Notes: a model not told the origin generated them from the letters alone. Positions 41,212 to 51,684 are shown, numbered from the stretch's first letter. The stretch is DNA of 64,000 nucleotides from Pelagomonas calceolata (GCA_918797485.1 CAKKNE010000001.1:2356001-2420000), one strand, 5' to 3'. Program-made: numbers and translations.

Positions 41212-42534
41212 ATGGGCGCCAACCAGTCCGTCCACCCCATCTCGAGGGGCCCGCAGTCCACGGGCCGGACGCGCATCGTCTCCAAGGTCCTGTACGGAAG
41301 CAACTACACGAAGGCGAACCGCATGTTCGTCGAGCGGGGTAAGGACGGGAAAGAAGCGTGTATTGTGGTCCAGCCCGTGGCGGCTCTTTGTTGCCCTTAT
41401 GAATTTGCGATCTGCTGGTTTTCGCCCTTCATCTCGGTGCCTTCGGGACCGGTCGTCTTGTACCAGAACTGGGGCAGAAATGCCGGAACATTATCCCCGG
41501 GCTGCAAGCCCTGCTGGCCCGGCTGGCGGCGCATTTCCCATCTCGTCTCTTTGCAGCTCGTGACGTACAATCACGCTCCCAAGAAGTGTCCGACGCGCGA
41601 CCACGTGTTCGTCGATCTAGATTTGAGCGTTACGCTGAAAGTGAACAAGGAGCAGGTGTCGAAGTTCGTGTTTGAGATGGGTGCGGAGCGGTTAGATGCT
41701 TATTTGTCCTTTCAAGTGGAAGAGTCGATCCGAGGATTAGTTTATGATGTGACCCACGACCGCGTGAATGACATGCGCGGCGAGTTCGCCGAGGACATGC
41801 TCGCCGTCTTGCAGACGAAGGTGGAGCGGTTTGGGGTCGACATCAAAGCTGTTAAGATCACGAACGTGGCATTACCAAATATTTTGCAGGAGCGACTGGA
41901 GAACACTACTTCGTTTAAGACGAGATTGACCATGCAAAGTAAAAATCATGAGCACACTATTCAAACTATAGAAAATACGTACGCGCAACAAAGGCAAAAC
42001 ATCGCCCAAACCTTCGACCTGCAGAAGAGGAGTGTAAGGGCGGAAACCGATAGGGAGGACACGGAGCAGCAGGAGAAGATGGCCGTGGCTACCTCAGATA
42101 GAGCCCAGAAGACGACGACCGCGTTCGAAGCCCAAGATGTTATATTGACCAAGGCTAGATCCGACCTAGAAGTAGCTGAATTTACGGGACGAACCGAAAA
42201 AGCTGAACTAGTTGAGAAAACTAAAATAGAATGTGCTCGACGCGTCCGCACTACCAAAAAAGAATGTAGCGTCGAGACGACGCAGAGCGAGGCGCTGCGG
42301 GAGGCCTCCAAGGACTTAGCGGCGGCTCGCGAAGCGGAGGCCGCCGGCGAGGGCAAGGCCGCGGAATACCAGGAAGAGCGCATCCGCTTCGAGCAGCAGA
42401 AGCGCTTGGCCGCTATCGACGCGCACTTCGCGGCGCGGGGCCGCCACGTCATCCAGGGCGAGGGCGGAAGGCAGCTGCTCTCGGCTTTTCATGATGGTCG
42501 AGGTGTACAGGCTTCTATGATGAAGCGCGACTAA
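41212..42534 (+). CDS. SPFH/band-7 domain protein with long coiled coil
   Basis: VPSG.VVL....G...LSPG, CPTRDHVFVDLDLSV and FGVDIKAVKITNVALP. MG start and a CC motif suggest acylation. Confidence 0.85.
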   Translation: MGANQSVHPISRGPQSTGRTRIVSKVLYGSNYTKANRMFVERGKDGKEACIVVQPVAALCCPYEFAICWFSPFISVPSGPVVLYQNWGRNAGTLSPGCKPCWPGWRRISHLVSLQLVTYNHAPKKCPTRDHVFVDLDLSVTLKVNKEQVSKFVFEMGAERLDAYLSFQVEESIRGLVYDVTHDRVNDMRGEFAEDMLAVLQTKVERFGVDIKAVKITNVALPNILQERLENTTSFKTRLTMQSKNHEHTIQTIENTYAQQRQNIAQTFDLQKRSVRAETDREDTEQQEKMAVATSDRAQKTTTAFEAQDVILTKARSDLEVAEFTGRTEKAELVEKTKIECARRVRTTKKECSVETTQSEALREASKDLAAAREAEAAGEGKAAEYQEERIRFEQQKRLAAIDAHFAARGRHVIQGEGGRQLLSAFHDGRGVQASMMKRD

Positions 42535-42542
42535 GGATATAC

Positions 42543-43772
42543 TTAGAAAATGATGTTCCTCCCACTTCTCTTGTTCGCTTCTATGTTGCGCCGGTAGTGG
42601 TCCTTGTTCTGTTGCAACTCCACATCCGCTAGACCGTGGAGCATGGTCACGGGTTGTCGGGCGCGCCGCGCATTCCGTCCCGCGGTCGGCGGGCGGGGAT
42701 TTGTTTGGTTGTGCGGCTCCGGGGATTCTGGCCGGTTGCTCGGAGGATGGGCGCCGTCGTCGTCGTTGATGTAGTCGGCGAGGTCGTGGCCTAACGTAGC
42801 TTCCTCTTGGGGTTTTGGTTCTCGAGGAGGCGACGGCGGCGGCGGCGGCGGCGTCTCCACTAAACATCGTCGTTGTTGCGTTGCGTTCATCTGCTGCGTG
42901 GGCGGCGGCGCGACCTTGTGCTGCGAGGCGGCGCGCGCCAGCGTTCCCATCGAGTTGATGGATAGGCCCGCGGGCGCGGCGCACGCGTCCAAAATCAGTT
43001 GGCCCTGGTGGTCCGTGATCCGCAACCCGAGCGCCGCGAAGAGCCTTACTAATTCCCGGGGGCCGAGGCTGTCCGCGACGGGCGGCTGCAAGACGAAGAC
43101 GAGCCGCCGCAACTCCTGCGTCGCCGTCTTCAGGCCGAAGCGCGGGTCGCGGCGGCCCATCGCGAGGTGCGCCCGTAATCTAGCAAGCACGGCGTCGACG
43201 GGCCAGCGCGTCGCATTTTCCAGAGGCGGCTGCTGTTGTAACGGCGGTGGTACTACCCTGGCGTTGTTGCCGAGGGCGTCCGTACCAGCTATTTCCTCGA
43301 CGATCTCCTCGCGGTCGCCCCCGTGCCGCAGATAGCGCGGCGCCACGGGCCACGCTTTACCCACTGAACGTCGGTGTGCGTCGACGGCCTTCGCCGCCTC
43401 CGCCGCCTCGGCCTCGAGTTTCGCCGCGTCCTCAACTCCCGCGGCGTCGCGCAGCCTCCGCAGCGCCACGAGCTTCGCCTGGAGCATTCGTAAAGGCGCC
43501 TCGTCCACTTCTGTGGAAGCGTCGAAGGCCTCCTCGGCCGCGCGCGCGGCGGCGGCCGCGCGCACCTCCTCGGCCCAGGCCCAGGGCGCCGCTGGGCGCC
43601 GCCGCGGCGGCGGCGGCGGCTTCTCCTTCAAAAGCACGCCGGACCCGGCCGCGAGGTGGCCGCTGGAGGCGCCGGCGGGCTTCTGCCAGAAGTCCTCGGT
43701 GGCCTGGCCGCGCGCGAAGCCGCCGTCGGCGCGTTTCACATATTCATTGTTGCGGTTCGAGTTGAGCAGCAT
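42543..43772 (-). CDS. Hypothetical protein
   Basis: 409-aa ORF with no recognised family. Confidence 0.5.
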   Translation of the reverse strand: MLLNSNRNNEYVKRADGGFARGQATEDFWQKPAGASSGHLAAGSGVLLKEKPPPPPRRRPAAPWAWAEEVRAAAAARAAEEAFDASTEVDEAPLRMLQAKLVALRRLRDAAGVEDAAKLEAEAAEAAKAVDAHRRSVGKAWPVAPRYLRHGGDREEIVEEIAGTDALGNNARVVPPPLQQQPPLENATRWPVDAVLARLRAHLAMGRRDPRFGLKTATQELRRLVFVLQPPVADSLGPRELVRLFAALGLRITDHQGQLILDACAAPAGLSINSMGTLARAASQHKVAPPPTQQMNATQQRRCLVETPPPPPPSPPREPKPQEEATLGHDLADYINDDDGAHPPSNRPESPEPHNQTNPRPPTAGRNARRARQPVTMLHGLADVELQQNKDHYRRNIEANKRSGRNIIF

Positions 43773-44033
43773 AATTCACTACGGGCGCGCGCAGCGGTGC
43801 TGCCACGGGGCGCGCAATTACGACCTGCAGCGCCAACTGCTCTAGCAGTCAAAGCAGCTCCAACGCAAAAAAAGGAGGCCAGGGCTGCCAAGGAGCGGCC
43901 TAGCGCGTCTCCTGGGCATGGCACGCACCTAGTATCAGGCCTGGGGCAGCCCTAACACCCACCCGCTCGCGTTGGGCAGCGACAGCGCAGTGCTCCTGAC
44001 AGTGGCAAAGGCTGCCGGCAGCGCTGCGCCGAT

Positions 44034-47000
44034 ATGGCCACGGTGCAGCAGGTGCGCGACCTTCGCGCAGAGGGCGCGCCGGCGGACCTCAGCCCGGATT
44101 CGGATATGGAGAGCCCCTCGATGAAGCAAGCGCGCGAGTTGGGCTATACCGCGTCGGCGTTCCCCGACGAGGCCGCCTCGCCTTTGCCAGACATCGAGCC
44201 CGTCTTCGGGCGGCCGCGGACGCCGCAGCCCTACGACTACACGCCGCCTCCCAACCTGCTCGAAGCGTTACGAGGCGCGTTACCGTACTGGGGCCAGGGC
44301 GCCGAGGACGTCGAGAGCAATGCCAAGAGCGACGTCCAGAATGCAAGTGACGAGGAGGTCAATAGGGTGGACCCGGAGACGGGCGACACTCCGTTGTTGT
44401 TGAGCGCGCAGTACGGCGCGGGCGATCTCGTCGAGATGTTGGTCGAGCGAGGCGCGGACGTGGACATCACGCTGCCGTCCGGCGCGACAGCTTTACACTA
44501 CATGACGAATTCGTCCACATTATGTCCGGACGCCGTGATTGCTTTGTTGGCCGTCGGGGCGGATCCGAGCGTCGCGGACCTGCACACGGGCGCGACGCCT
44601 TTGATGTACGCGGCGGACGCGGGCCATTTGCGGCTCTGCGAGCAGCTCGTGAAGCACGGCGCCGACGCCGCGCAAACGGACTTCCAGGGCTACGACGCGG
44701 CGGGCTGGGCGCGGTCCGCGGGCCATTCTGATGTAGAGGCGTTTCTCACGTCGAAGACGACGGACGCGTTGAGCAGCCCCGTCGCTACAGACTATAACAT
44801 CGAGGTGGCTTCGCCGACGGTCGTCGTGCCCGAGTCGGCGTCCAAGGCCCGGAGGAAGGACCGCGAGGACGCGCTGCACGAGCAGATCCGCGAGCTGACG
44901 GAGGTGAAGGCTTCCTTACACGTCCAGGCGTCGCTGGTCAGTGCCGAGGCGGAGAAGGCCCAGATGCGCGCCGAGCGCGCCGACGAGCAGCTGCAGTTGG
45001 CTCGAGAGGAGCTCATCAAGCTGAAGAGCAAGCACCAGCAGGCCCTCGAGGACGCGTCCTCCGCCAAGGCTGAATTGGAAGCGGCGCGCACGGCCGCGGA
45101 CAAAGCTAGGACGTCCCTGATCCAGGACGCGTCGACCCATAAGGCCCGCGCCGACGAGGCCGAGTCGGCGCGCATGAAGGCTTCTCAAAGGGCAGATGAT
45201 GCTTTGGAAAGAGCAATGCAGGCGGAAGCGCGCCTGGAGCGCGCGCGCGAGGAGGTCGATTCCCTCAAGGCCGAGCGGGATAAAGCTGTCTCAGAGCTCG
45301 ACGAGAAGAGCGATCAATTGACAGCTTTGGAGATCGAGAATAAGATGGAAGGAGCCGCGGCGAAGGCGCGCGACGATGCGTTAAGTGCGGCGCACGCCGC
45401 GGCCCGGGCCGCGATGATGGCGGTCGTGCCTTCCACGACAACATCTTCATCCGAGGACAGCGATACCTTGAAACTCGCCCTCGAGAGCGCCGAAAAGCGC
45501 GCGGTCCAAGCCGAGGCGGCGGCGAAGAACGACCGGAGTGATGCGGAAAAGACGTTGAATGCCGCCCGAGCGTCGAGCGCCGCTTTAGATGCGGCGCTGC
45601 GAGATCAAGGACGACTCGGTAGGTGGGCCGAACGGTTAAAGGGCGACAGGGACGCGGCGAAGAAGAAATTGGAGGCGGACGGCGATCGCGTCAAGAGCGC
45701 CGAGGAGCGGGCCGCGCAGTGCCAGGCGAAGGCCAATGAACAGCAAGCTGCCTTGAACCAACAGCTGAAGGACGAAGCGGCCAAGCGCGCTTCGTTTGAA
45801 GCCACGGCCGCCACGGAGAAGCAGCGCGCCGACAAGCTCGAAGACAAGGCGAAACAATTGGAGGCCGAGTTACTGGCGCTGGCCCAGGCCGCGAGCGGCG
45901 AGGCGCGCGACGCGGCATTGGAGGCGGCCCACAAGGCGCGCCTCGACGAGGCCGAGGCCCAGCGGTCGAAAGCTGAAGAATCGCTCGCGGCCAAAGAATC
46001 AGCACTCCGCGAAGCTCAACAGTTGCTGGAGGAAGCTAGAAAAAGCCAGAGTGTTGCTAATGAAGCTTCTCGACGAGATGAGACCGTGGCTTCTCTAAGG
46101 GATGTGTTGGTCGAATTCGACGGACGCGCAGCGGCGGCGGCGCGGCTGGCCGTCGTCGAGGAAGTGCAAAAATTAACGGAAGGTCTGGAGCAGGCCCAGT
46201 CCCGCAACGGTAACATGGAGGCCGTTGAAACCGCGCGCAAGGAAGCCCGCCAGGAACTCGACAGAGTGAGATCCGAACTCGCTCAAGCGCGAGAAAGCTC
46301 CGCCGCGGATCTGGCGAGGCGGGAGCAGCTCGAGAAGAGCGCCCGAGACGCGGCCAGCGACCGAGATCGAGCCCGGGCGAACTTCACGGAGGTCCGCGAA
46401 CAAGTGATGAAATGTAAAGCAGATCTGTTGAGGGCGGAAGCGGAGCGGGACAATGCGACGAACCAATTGGATTCAATCAGGGAGCGCTGCCAGAAGGACC
46501 TCGAGAATTTGGAGCGGCGAGCGTCCCAAGCGGACGAGCGGGCCAAGAGACTAGAGTCAGATCTTAATGAGGCGAAAAGTTCTCTGCGGAGAAAGGACGA
46601 GTTCTACGAAGAAAAGCTCAAAAGGAGTGAAGATGAAAGCAGGAGGCAGCAATTACGGGACGAGGATTCCCGGTTGAATAGAGAAAGGGCTTCTCGGCTG
46701 CAGTACGACGAGGAGATCAGTAAGTTGAGAGATGAGGCGGCCCGAGCTCAGGCGGACGTCGTCAGGTATCGGGATATGGCTTCTCGTGTCGAAGCGAGTA
46801 CGGGGAATGCCCTTGATAGGGTCCACGCCGCGGAGGCTTGCTGCGACGCTCTGCGGAGAAGACTCGATGATTTGACCGCGGAGCTAGCCTCGCGAGGTGA
46901 AGAGGCTACATCTTTAACTAAAGATGCCAAGGCCGACCGAGAGAAATTGCTGAGGTTATCAGTGTCCGAAGGCGAATTAAGGGCCAAGGTCCGGGACCTC

Positions 47001-48299
47001 GAGAAACGAGCGGCCAAGGCAGAGCAGGACCTGACGCGAGAGTCGGCATTACGTCGTAGATTACATAATCAGATCGAGGACATGAAGGGCAAGATTCGGG
47101 TGCTCTGTCGCGTGAGACCGCTCTCGAAGAAGGAGTCGGGCGACGACTGCGGAGTCGTGAAAGATGGCGAAGGGTCTCTGACCGTGCTACCGGCGAAGGA
47201 GAACCAGGAGAAGAAGCGGTTCCACTTCGACGCGGTCTTTGAAGGGGTTAAAGAGGACAATTCCCAGGCGAAACTGTTTGAAGATGTGAGGCACCTGATC
47301 ACGTCGACGGTCGACGGCTATAATGTTTGTCTGTTCGCCTACGGGCAGACCGGTTCCGGTAAAACATACACGATGGGGTCCGACTCCAAAATTAAAGATG
47401 CGTTGGATAGTAATGGTGTGATCAAGTCCGAATCTGCGGGCATAGCCCCGCGGGCCGCCCAGGCCATATTTGATATTTTAGCCGAGAGAGGTTTAGATTC
47501 AAATGTGTCGTTGCAGATGTTCGAGGTGTACTGCAACAATCTCGTGGATCTTATGGTGCCCCCTCGCAAAGTGACACCCATGGATCAAGGACCTTCGTTA
47601 AAAATTACGTTGGCGGAGCACTCGTCGACGGGACTAGTCCAGGTCGACGGCGCCAAATCGAAGCGAGTCATGTCGGCGGTCGACTTAGTCAATGCTTTGT
47701 CCGATGGCATTCAGTCACGCACGGTCCACGCGACGAAAATGAACTCGGAGTCTTCTCGGTCTCATTTAGTGATGGGAGTGACCATCACTACGACCAATAA
47801 ACGGACGGGCGCTTCGACGACCGGTAAATTAACTCTGGTGGATCTCGCTGGTTCGGAACGTGTGGAGCGGTCGGGAGCCGAAGGCCAGCAATTAAAGGAG
47901 GCCGCGGCCATCAACAAATCGCTGTCGGCTTTGGGCGACGTCATTAATGCGTTGACATCCGCAGAAGGCGGCCACGTGCCCTACCGGAACCATCCTTTGA
48001 CAATGCTCATGTCCGATTCTGTGGGTGGCTCCGCGAAGACGATGATGTTGGTTTGTAGCTCACCGGCCCATGCCAACGTCGCCGAAAGCGTCAGTTCGTT
48101 CCAGTTCGCCACGAGGTGCAAGGACGTCGTGTGTGGGTCCGATCCCCGCGCTGCTGCCGCGGAGATCGCGAAGCTGAAGGCCGAGGTCGCGCGGCTGAAA
48201 GGGAGTAGTCGGGCGCCGCCGCCGAACCGCCCCGCTCCAAACGTCGCGCCGCGGGGGCCGGCGACCCTGGCGAAGCGGCATTCTAGGAGGAATGGGTAA
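44034..48299 (+). CDS. Kinesin-14 (C-terminal motor) with N-terminal ankyrin repeats
   Basis: Ankyrins GDTPLL/GATALH/GATPLM, long coiled coil, neck HNQIEDMKGKIRV, and AYGQTGSGKT, NSESSRSH, VDLAGSE. Confidence 0.95.
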   Translation: MATVQQVRDLRAEGAPADLSPDSDMESPSMKQARELGYTASAFPDEAASPLPDIEPVFGRPRTPQPYDYTPPPNLLEALRGALPYWGQGAEDVESNAKSDVQNASDEEVNRVDPETGDTPLLLSAQYGAGDLVEMLVERGADVDITLPSGATALHYMTNSSTLCPDAVIALLAVGADPSVADLHTGATPLMYAADAGHLRLCEQLVKHGADAAQTDFQGYDAAGWARSAGHSDVEAFLTSKTTDALSSPVATDYNIEVASPTVVVPESASKARRKDREDALHEQIRELTEVKASLHVQASLVSAEAEKAQMRAERADEQLQLAREELIKLKSKHQQALEDASSAKAELEAARTAADKARTSLIQDASTHKARADEAESARMKASQRADDALERAMQAEARLERAREEVDSLKAERDKAVSELDEKSDQLTALEIENKMEGAAAKARDDALSAAHAAARAAMMAVVPSTTTSSSEDSDTLKLALESAEKRAVQAEAAAKNDRSDAEKTLNAARASSAALDAALRDQGRLGRWAERLKGDRDAAKKKLEADGDRVKSAEERAAQCQAKANEQQAALNQQLKDEAAKRASFEATAATEKQRADKLEDKAKQLEAELLALAQAASGEARDAALEAAHKARLDEAEAQRSKAEESLAAKESALREAQQLLEEARKSQSVANEASRRDETVASLRDVLVEFDGRAAAAARLAVVEEVQKLTEGLEQAQSRNGNMEAVETARKEARQELDRVRSELAQARESSAADLARREQLEKSARDAASDRDRARANFTEVREQVMKCKADLLRAEAERDNATNQLDSIRERCQKDLENLERRASQADERAKRLESDLNEAKSSLRRKDEFYEEKLKRSEDESRRQQLRDEDSRLNRERASRLQYDEEISKLRDEAARAQADVVRYRDMASRVEASTGNALDRVHAAEACCDALRRRLDDLTAELASRGEEATSLTKDAKADREKLLRLSVSEGELRAKVRDLEKRAAKAEQDLTRESALRRRLHNQIEDMKGKIRVLCRVRPLSKKESGDDCGVVKDGEGSLTVLPAKENQEKKRFHFDAVFEGVKEDNSQAKLFEDVRHLITSTVDGYNVCLFAYGQTGSGKTYTMGSDSKIKDALDSNGVIKSESAGIAPRAAQAIFDILAERGLDSNVSLQMFEVYCNNLVDLMVPPRKVTPMDQGPSLKITLAEHSSTGLVQVDGAKSKRVMSAVDLVNALSDGIQSRTVHATKMNSESSRSHLVMGVTITTTNKRTGASTTGKLTLVDLAGSERVERSGAEGQQLKEAAAINKSLSALGDVINALTSAEGGHVPYRNHPLTMLMSDSVGGSAKTMMLVCSSPAHANVAESVSSFQFATRCKDVVCGSDPRAAAAEIAKLKAEVARLKGSSRAPPPNRPAPNVAPRGPATLAKRHSRRNG

Positions 48300-48555
48300 T
48301 TTGAGGGTATATTTGGCCATTTGCATCCGCGAGAAAACCCGTTTTGGAGTTTTAGCTCCGCGGCGCGCGACCGACGCGAAACTCGCGCGCAACGTGCATA
48401 GACTGCCTGCTCAGACCAAGAGCTCGATCTATATTGCTGCGCGATCGCTGCGGCGAGCACTCTGCACGCGGCCTGCAACCGCTGCGGTCCAGGAGCCAGG
48501 GAGACGAGGAGGCGGGAGCGCAACAAATCGATACGCCACCGCCGCTGCGACAGCG

Positions 48556-49692
48556 ATGCCCAAGAAGAAGCGCGCCGAGAGCCCCGCGCCCGAGGATTTG
48601 TGTGAGGGTGGGAAATGCATCGGTGTTGTGTTCGAGGACCACCGCCAGCCGGTCTACGCCGTCGCGTTCTGGCCCGGGGCTTCTGATGAACCGATGGTCG
48701 CGGTCTGTGGTTCGAATCGAGCGTCTGTGTATGCTATTGCCGAGGGAGATATCGAGTTGCGGCAGGTCTACGTTGATAACGATAGGGACGAGTCCTTCTT
48801 CTGCTGCGCCTGGAGTCGCAGAGCCGACGCGCCATTACTGTGCGTCGCTGGTACTAGAGGCATAGCTAAAATTGTGGACTGCGCCGATGGACGGTTAGAC
48901 TGCGCTTTGGTGGGTCACGGCAACGCGATCAATGATTGCTGCTTCCACGCCGTCGATGAATCACTACTCTTGACGGCGTCGAAGGACGAATCTATCAGGT
49001 TGTGGAACGCGAGAACTTGTGTGTGCATCGCCGTATTTGCGGGAGATAGGGGACACAGGGACGAGGTATTAGCAGTAGACTGCCATCAATCAGGAAGCTG
49101 CTGCCTGAGTTCGGGCATGGACAACACTATTAAATTATGGCAATTAGATGCGGAGCACGTCGCCAAAGCTTGTGAACGGTCGCATACGAACCCGCAGCCG
49201 GCGAATCACCGACCTTTTGAGACGGTCTTCGAGCAGTTTCCCGCGTTTTCCACGAGTCGTGTCCACGCGAACTACGTCGACTGCGCGCGCTGGGTCGGTT
49301 CATTGATCCTCTCGAAGTCGACGGCGGAGCGGTTGTGTCTGTGGAGTCCGGACCCGCAGCGCAATGAGAGATTACCGGCACCGTTGTTATCTGAGACGAA
49401 TGATGACAGTGAGCCGAAGGACGACGTGTTGATCGTTCATGAGTTGGACCTGCCGGGGGCGGACATCTGGTTCCTGCGGTTCGGCATGTGTTCGTCTCGC
49501 CAGTACGTGTGTGCTGGGAATACTTCCGGTGACTTGGTCATCTATGACGTCGATTCTACCGAACAAAAGGCATCCTTGACGCACCCGAAGATGCGCGGGG
49601 CGGTCCGACAGTGCGCGTTTTCTCCTGATTCTTCATTGGTGGCATGCGTCGGCGACGACGCGGGCCTCTTCGTTTATGAATTAGATAAGTAG
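48556..49692 (+). CDS. EED: Polycomb PRC2 WD40 subunit EED/ESC/FIE
   Basis: GHGNAIND, LLLTASKDESIRLWN, CIAVFAGDRGHRDEVL, VHANYVDC and IWFLRF. Confidence 0.93.
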   Translation: MPKKKRAESPAPEDLCEGGKCIGVVFEDHRQPVYAVAFWPGASDEPMVAVCGSNRASVYAIAEGDIELRQVYVDNDRDESFFCCAWSRRADAPLLCVAGTRGIAKIVDCADGRLDCALVGHGNAINDCCFHAVDESLLLTASKDESIRLWNARTCVCIAVFAGDRGHRDEVLAVDCHQSGSCCLSSGMDNTIKLWQLDAEHVAKACERSHTNPQPANHRPFETVFEQFPAFSTSRVHANYVDCARWVGSLILSKSTAERLCLWSPDPQRNERLPAPLLSETNDDSEPKDDVLIVHELDLPGADIWFLRFGMCSSRQYVCAGNTSGDLVIYDVDSTEQKASLTHPKMRGAVRQCAFSPDSSLVACVGDDAGLFVYELDK

Positions 49693-49694
49693 TC

Positions 49695-50159
49695 TTAGAG
49701 TACATTGGCGTCGTGCGCGAAGTCCCCCCACCGCTCCGGGGGCACGTCGCCGCGACGCTTCGCCTCCCTCTCGGAAACGGTCGACCAGCAGTCGAGCTGG
49801 GTCCCGAGGACGAAGGGCGTGACATACAGAGGCGTCGCGGTCTTCGTCGCGAGGATGAAGCCCGTCAGGCGCGAGCCCTTTGCTGAGAGTAGCGCCGTCG
49901 ACGCGCCCCGCGCGAGACCGAACACAACACCAGCTAAGACTGCCGCCGCTGCACTTGAGTAGTGCGCGAAGAGCGGGTCCCGGTCGATGTTGTGCGAGTG
50001 CCAGTCCAGTAAGTTTGTCAGCGTCGGCTCTGTTAGTAAATTATGCGCGGGCCGCGGCGCGAGCGGCGGGCCGCGGCGCCACGTCCGTGGTGGTTCTCTT
50101 GGTTCCGGCTTTGGTTCGCACGGGTCGTCGTGCCAGCCGCTGGGGTCCGCGGGGTCCAT
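49695..50159 (-). CDS. Small hypothetical membrane protein
   Basis: 154-aa ORF with hydrophobic segments. Its stop abuts the EED stop. Confidence 0.5.
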   Translation of the reverse strand: MDPADPSGWHDDPCEPKPEPREPPRTWRRGPPLAPRPAHNLLTEPTLTNLLDWHSHNIDRDPLFAHYSSAAAAVLAGVVFGLARGASTALLSAKGSRLTGFILATKTATPLYVTPFVLGTQLDCWSTVSEREAKRRGDVPPERWGDFAHDANVL

Positions 50160-50348
50160 GTCGATCGATGCGGACGCACAGACTGTCGGAAGCTTTCAGA
50201 GCGCTGAGCCTGAACGCACTCCCTGGCCACTGGTGGACGTCTGGACTTGAATGATGCGTCGAAGCGCTTTAAAAATGGATCACTACGCACGTCCTAGACC
50301 TTCTTGCCTGCGCACAGCGTGAGCACAGAACGCAGCGCAGCCAAAAAC

Positions 50349-50393
50349 AAGGTACCTCGGTACCTTACCTATACCTTATACCTTATATATACC
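50349..50393 (+). promoter_or_regulatory. Motif 2-related AAGGTACC/ACCTTAT tract
   Basis: AAGGTACCTCGGTACCTTACCTATACCTTATACCTTAT. Confidence 0.4.
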
Positions 50394-50612
50394 CGCAGGC
50401 AGCAAGAGGCGCACTAATACTCCGAGCAATCCGTGGCGAAGCCCAGGGCAACACAAAGGCTTCACTACGGCGCGGCGGCGAGCGCTGCGGACGGCGGGAC
50501 AGGGCGCGGCCGCACTGGCAAAGGAGCGAAGGCGCGCGCGCGAAGGTAAGGCAGCCCTACGACGCCGCCGTCCGCGCGACGCTGCCGCGTTTCTTTCTTC
50601 GAGGAGTAGGGT

Positions 50613-50628
50613 GGTTTTTAGAAAAACC
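50613..50628 (-). terminator. Histone 3' stem-loop (H2B)
   Basis: GGTTTT-TCTA-AAAACC followed by ACCC on the minus strand. Confidence 0.85.
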
Positions 50629-50700
50629 GGGTGTAATGTGGGTGCCGTCGTCACAAGAGCGTATCGCAGCGCGAGCTGCTACTCAAACGGCAGTGAGCGC

Positions 50701-51051
50701 TTACGAGCTCGAGAACTTGGTGACGGCCTTGGTGCCCTCGGACACGGCGTGCTTGGAGAGCTCGCCCGGGAGCATGAGGCGGACCGAGGTCTGGATCTCG
50801 CGGGACGAGAGCGTCGCCTTCTTGGAGAAGCGGCACAGCTTGGAGGCCTCGAGGGCGATGCGCTCGAAGATGTCGTTGATGAACGAGTTCATGATCGACA
50901 TGCCCTTCTTGGAGATGCCCGTGTCCGGGTGCACCTGCTTGAGCACGCGGTAGATGTACGTCGAGTACGACTCCGTGCGCGACTTCTTCTTCTTGGCGCC
51001 GCCGGCCTTCTTGGGGGCTTTCGCCGACTTCTTGGAGGGGGTCTTGGCCAT
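50701..51051 (-). CDS. H2B: Histone H2B
   Basis: [21 protein letters not shown]...[16 protein letters not shown]. Confidence 0.99.
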   Translation of the reverse strand: MAKTPSKKSAKAPKKAGGAKKKKSRTESYSTYIYRVLKQVHPDTGISKKGMSIMNSFINDIFERIALEASKLCRFSKKATLSSREIQTSVRLMLPGELSKHAVSEGTKAVTKFSSS

Positions 51052-51054
51052 TTT

Positions 51055-51276
51055 GTGTTATTTTTTCCGATGTGTTGGAGCTGCCTCCCCACTCGAATCG
51101 CGCAGCACGGTTCCGGAGCGGCGGCGAGCCGGTAAATTTTGGCGTCCAATGAAATTGTGACCCTAGTATCTGGTCGCAAAATGATTCGTCGCCAAAAATT
51201 AGCGGCGCGCCACGCTCCGGAAATGGGTGTGCTCCAAGCGGGAGGGCAGCACTCCAACACATCGGAAAAAAAACAC
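51055..51276. promoter_or_regulatory. Mirror-symmetric bidirectional histone promoter
   Basis: GGGAGG(G)CAGC(AC)TCCAACACATCGGAAAAA..ACAC occurs as inverted copies at 51055-51089 and 51240-51276. Confidence 0.8.
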
Positions 51277-51288
51277 CCCCAAAACATC

Positions 51289-51684
51289 ATGTCTGGCAAA
51301 GGAAAGGGCGGCCGCGGCAAGGGCAAGTCCAAGTCCAGCGGCTCGTCGTCCTCGGCGTCCAAGGCTGGCCTCCAGTTCCCGGTGGCGCGCCTCAACCGCT
51401 ACCTCCGCAAGGGCAAGTACGCCTCGCGCGTCGGCGTCGGTGCCGGTGTCTACATGGGCGCCGTCCTCGAGTACCTCTGCGCCGAGATCCTCGAGCTCGC
51501 GGGCAACGCCGCGCGCGACAACAAGAAGACGCGCATCGTGCCGCGCCACATCCAGCTCGCCGTCCGCAACGACGAGGAGCTCAACAAGCTCCTGGGCTCG
51601 GTCACCATCGCCTCGGGCGGTGTGCTCCCGAACATCCACGCCACGCTTCTCCCCAAGAAGTCGACGACCAAGGCCTCGGCCTAA
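51289..51684 (+). CDS. H2A: Histone H2A
   Basis: AGLQFPV...[38 protein letters not shown]. Confidence 0.99.
   Translation: MSGKGKGGRGKGKSKSSGSSSSASKAGLQFPVARLNRYLRKGKYASRVGVGAGVYMGAVLEYLCAEILELAGNAARDNKKTRIVPRHIQLAVRNDEELNKLLGSVTIASGGVLPNIHATLLPKKSTTKASA

Noticed and set aside
51289..51684. H2A.X or H2A.Z variant
   Set aside because: There is no C-terminal SQ(E/D)-hydrophobic motif and no H2A.Z signature. The stem-loop suggests a canonical H2A.
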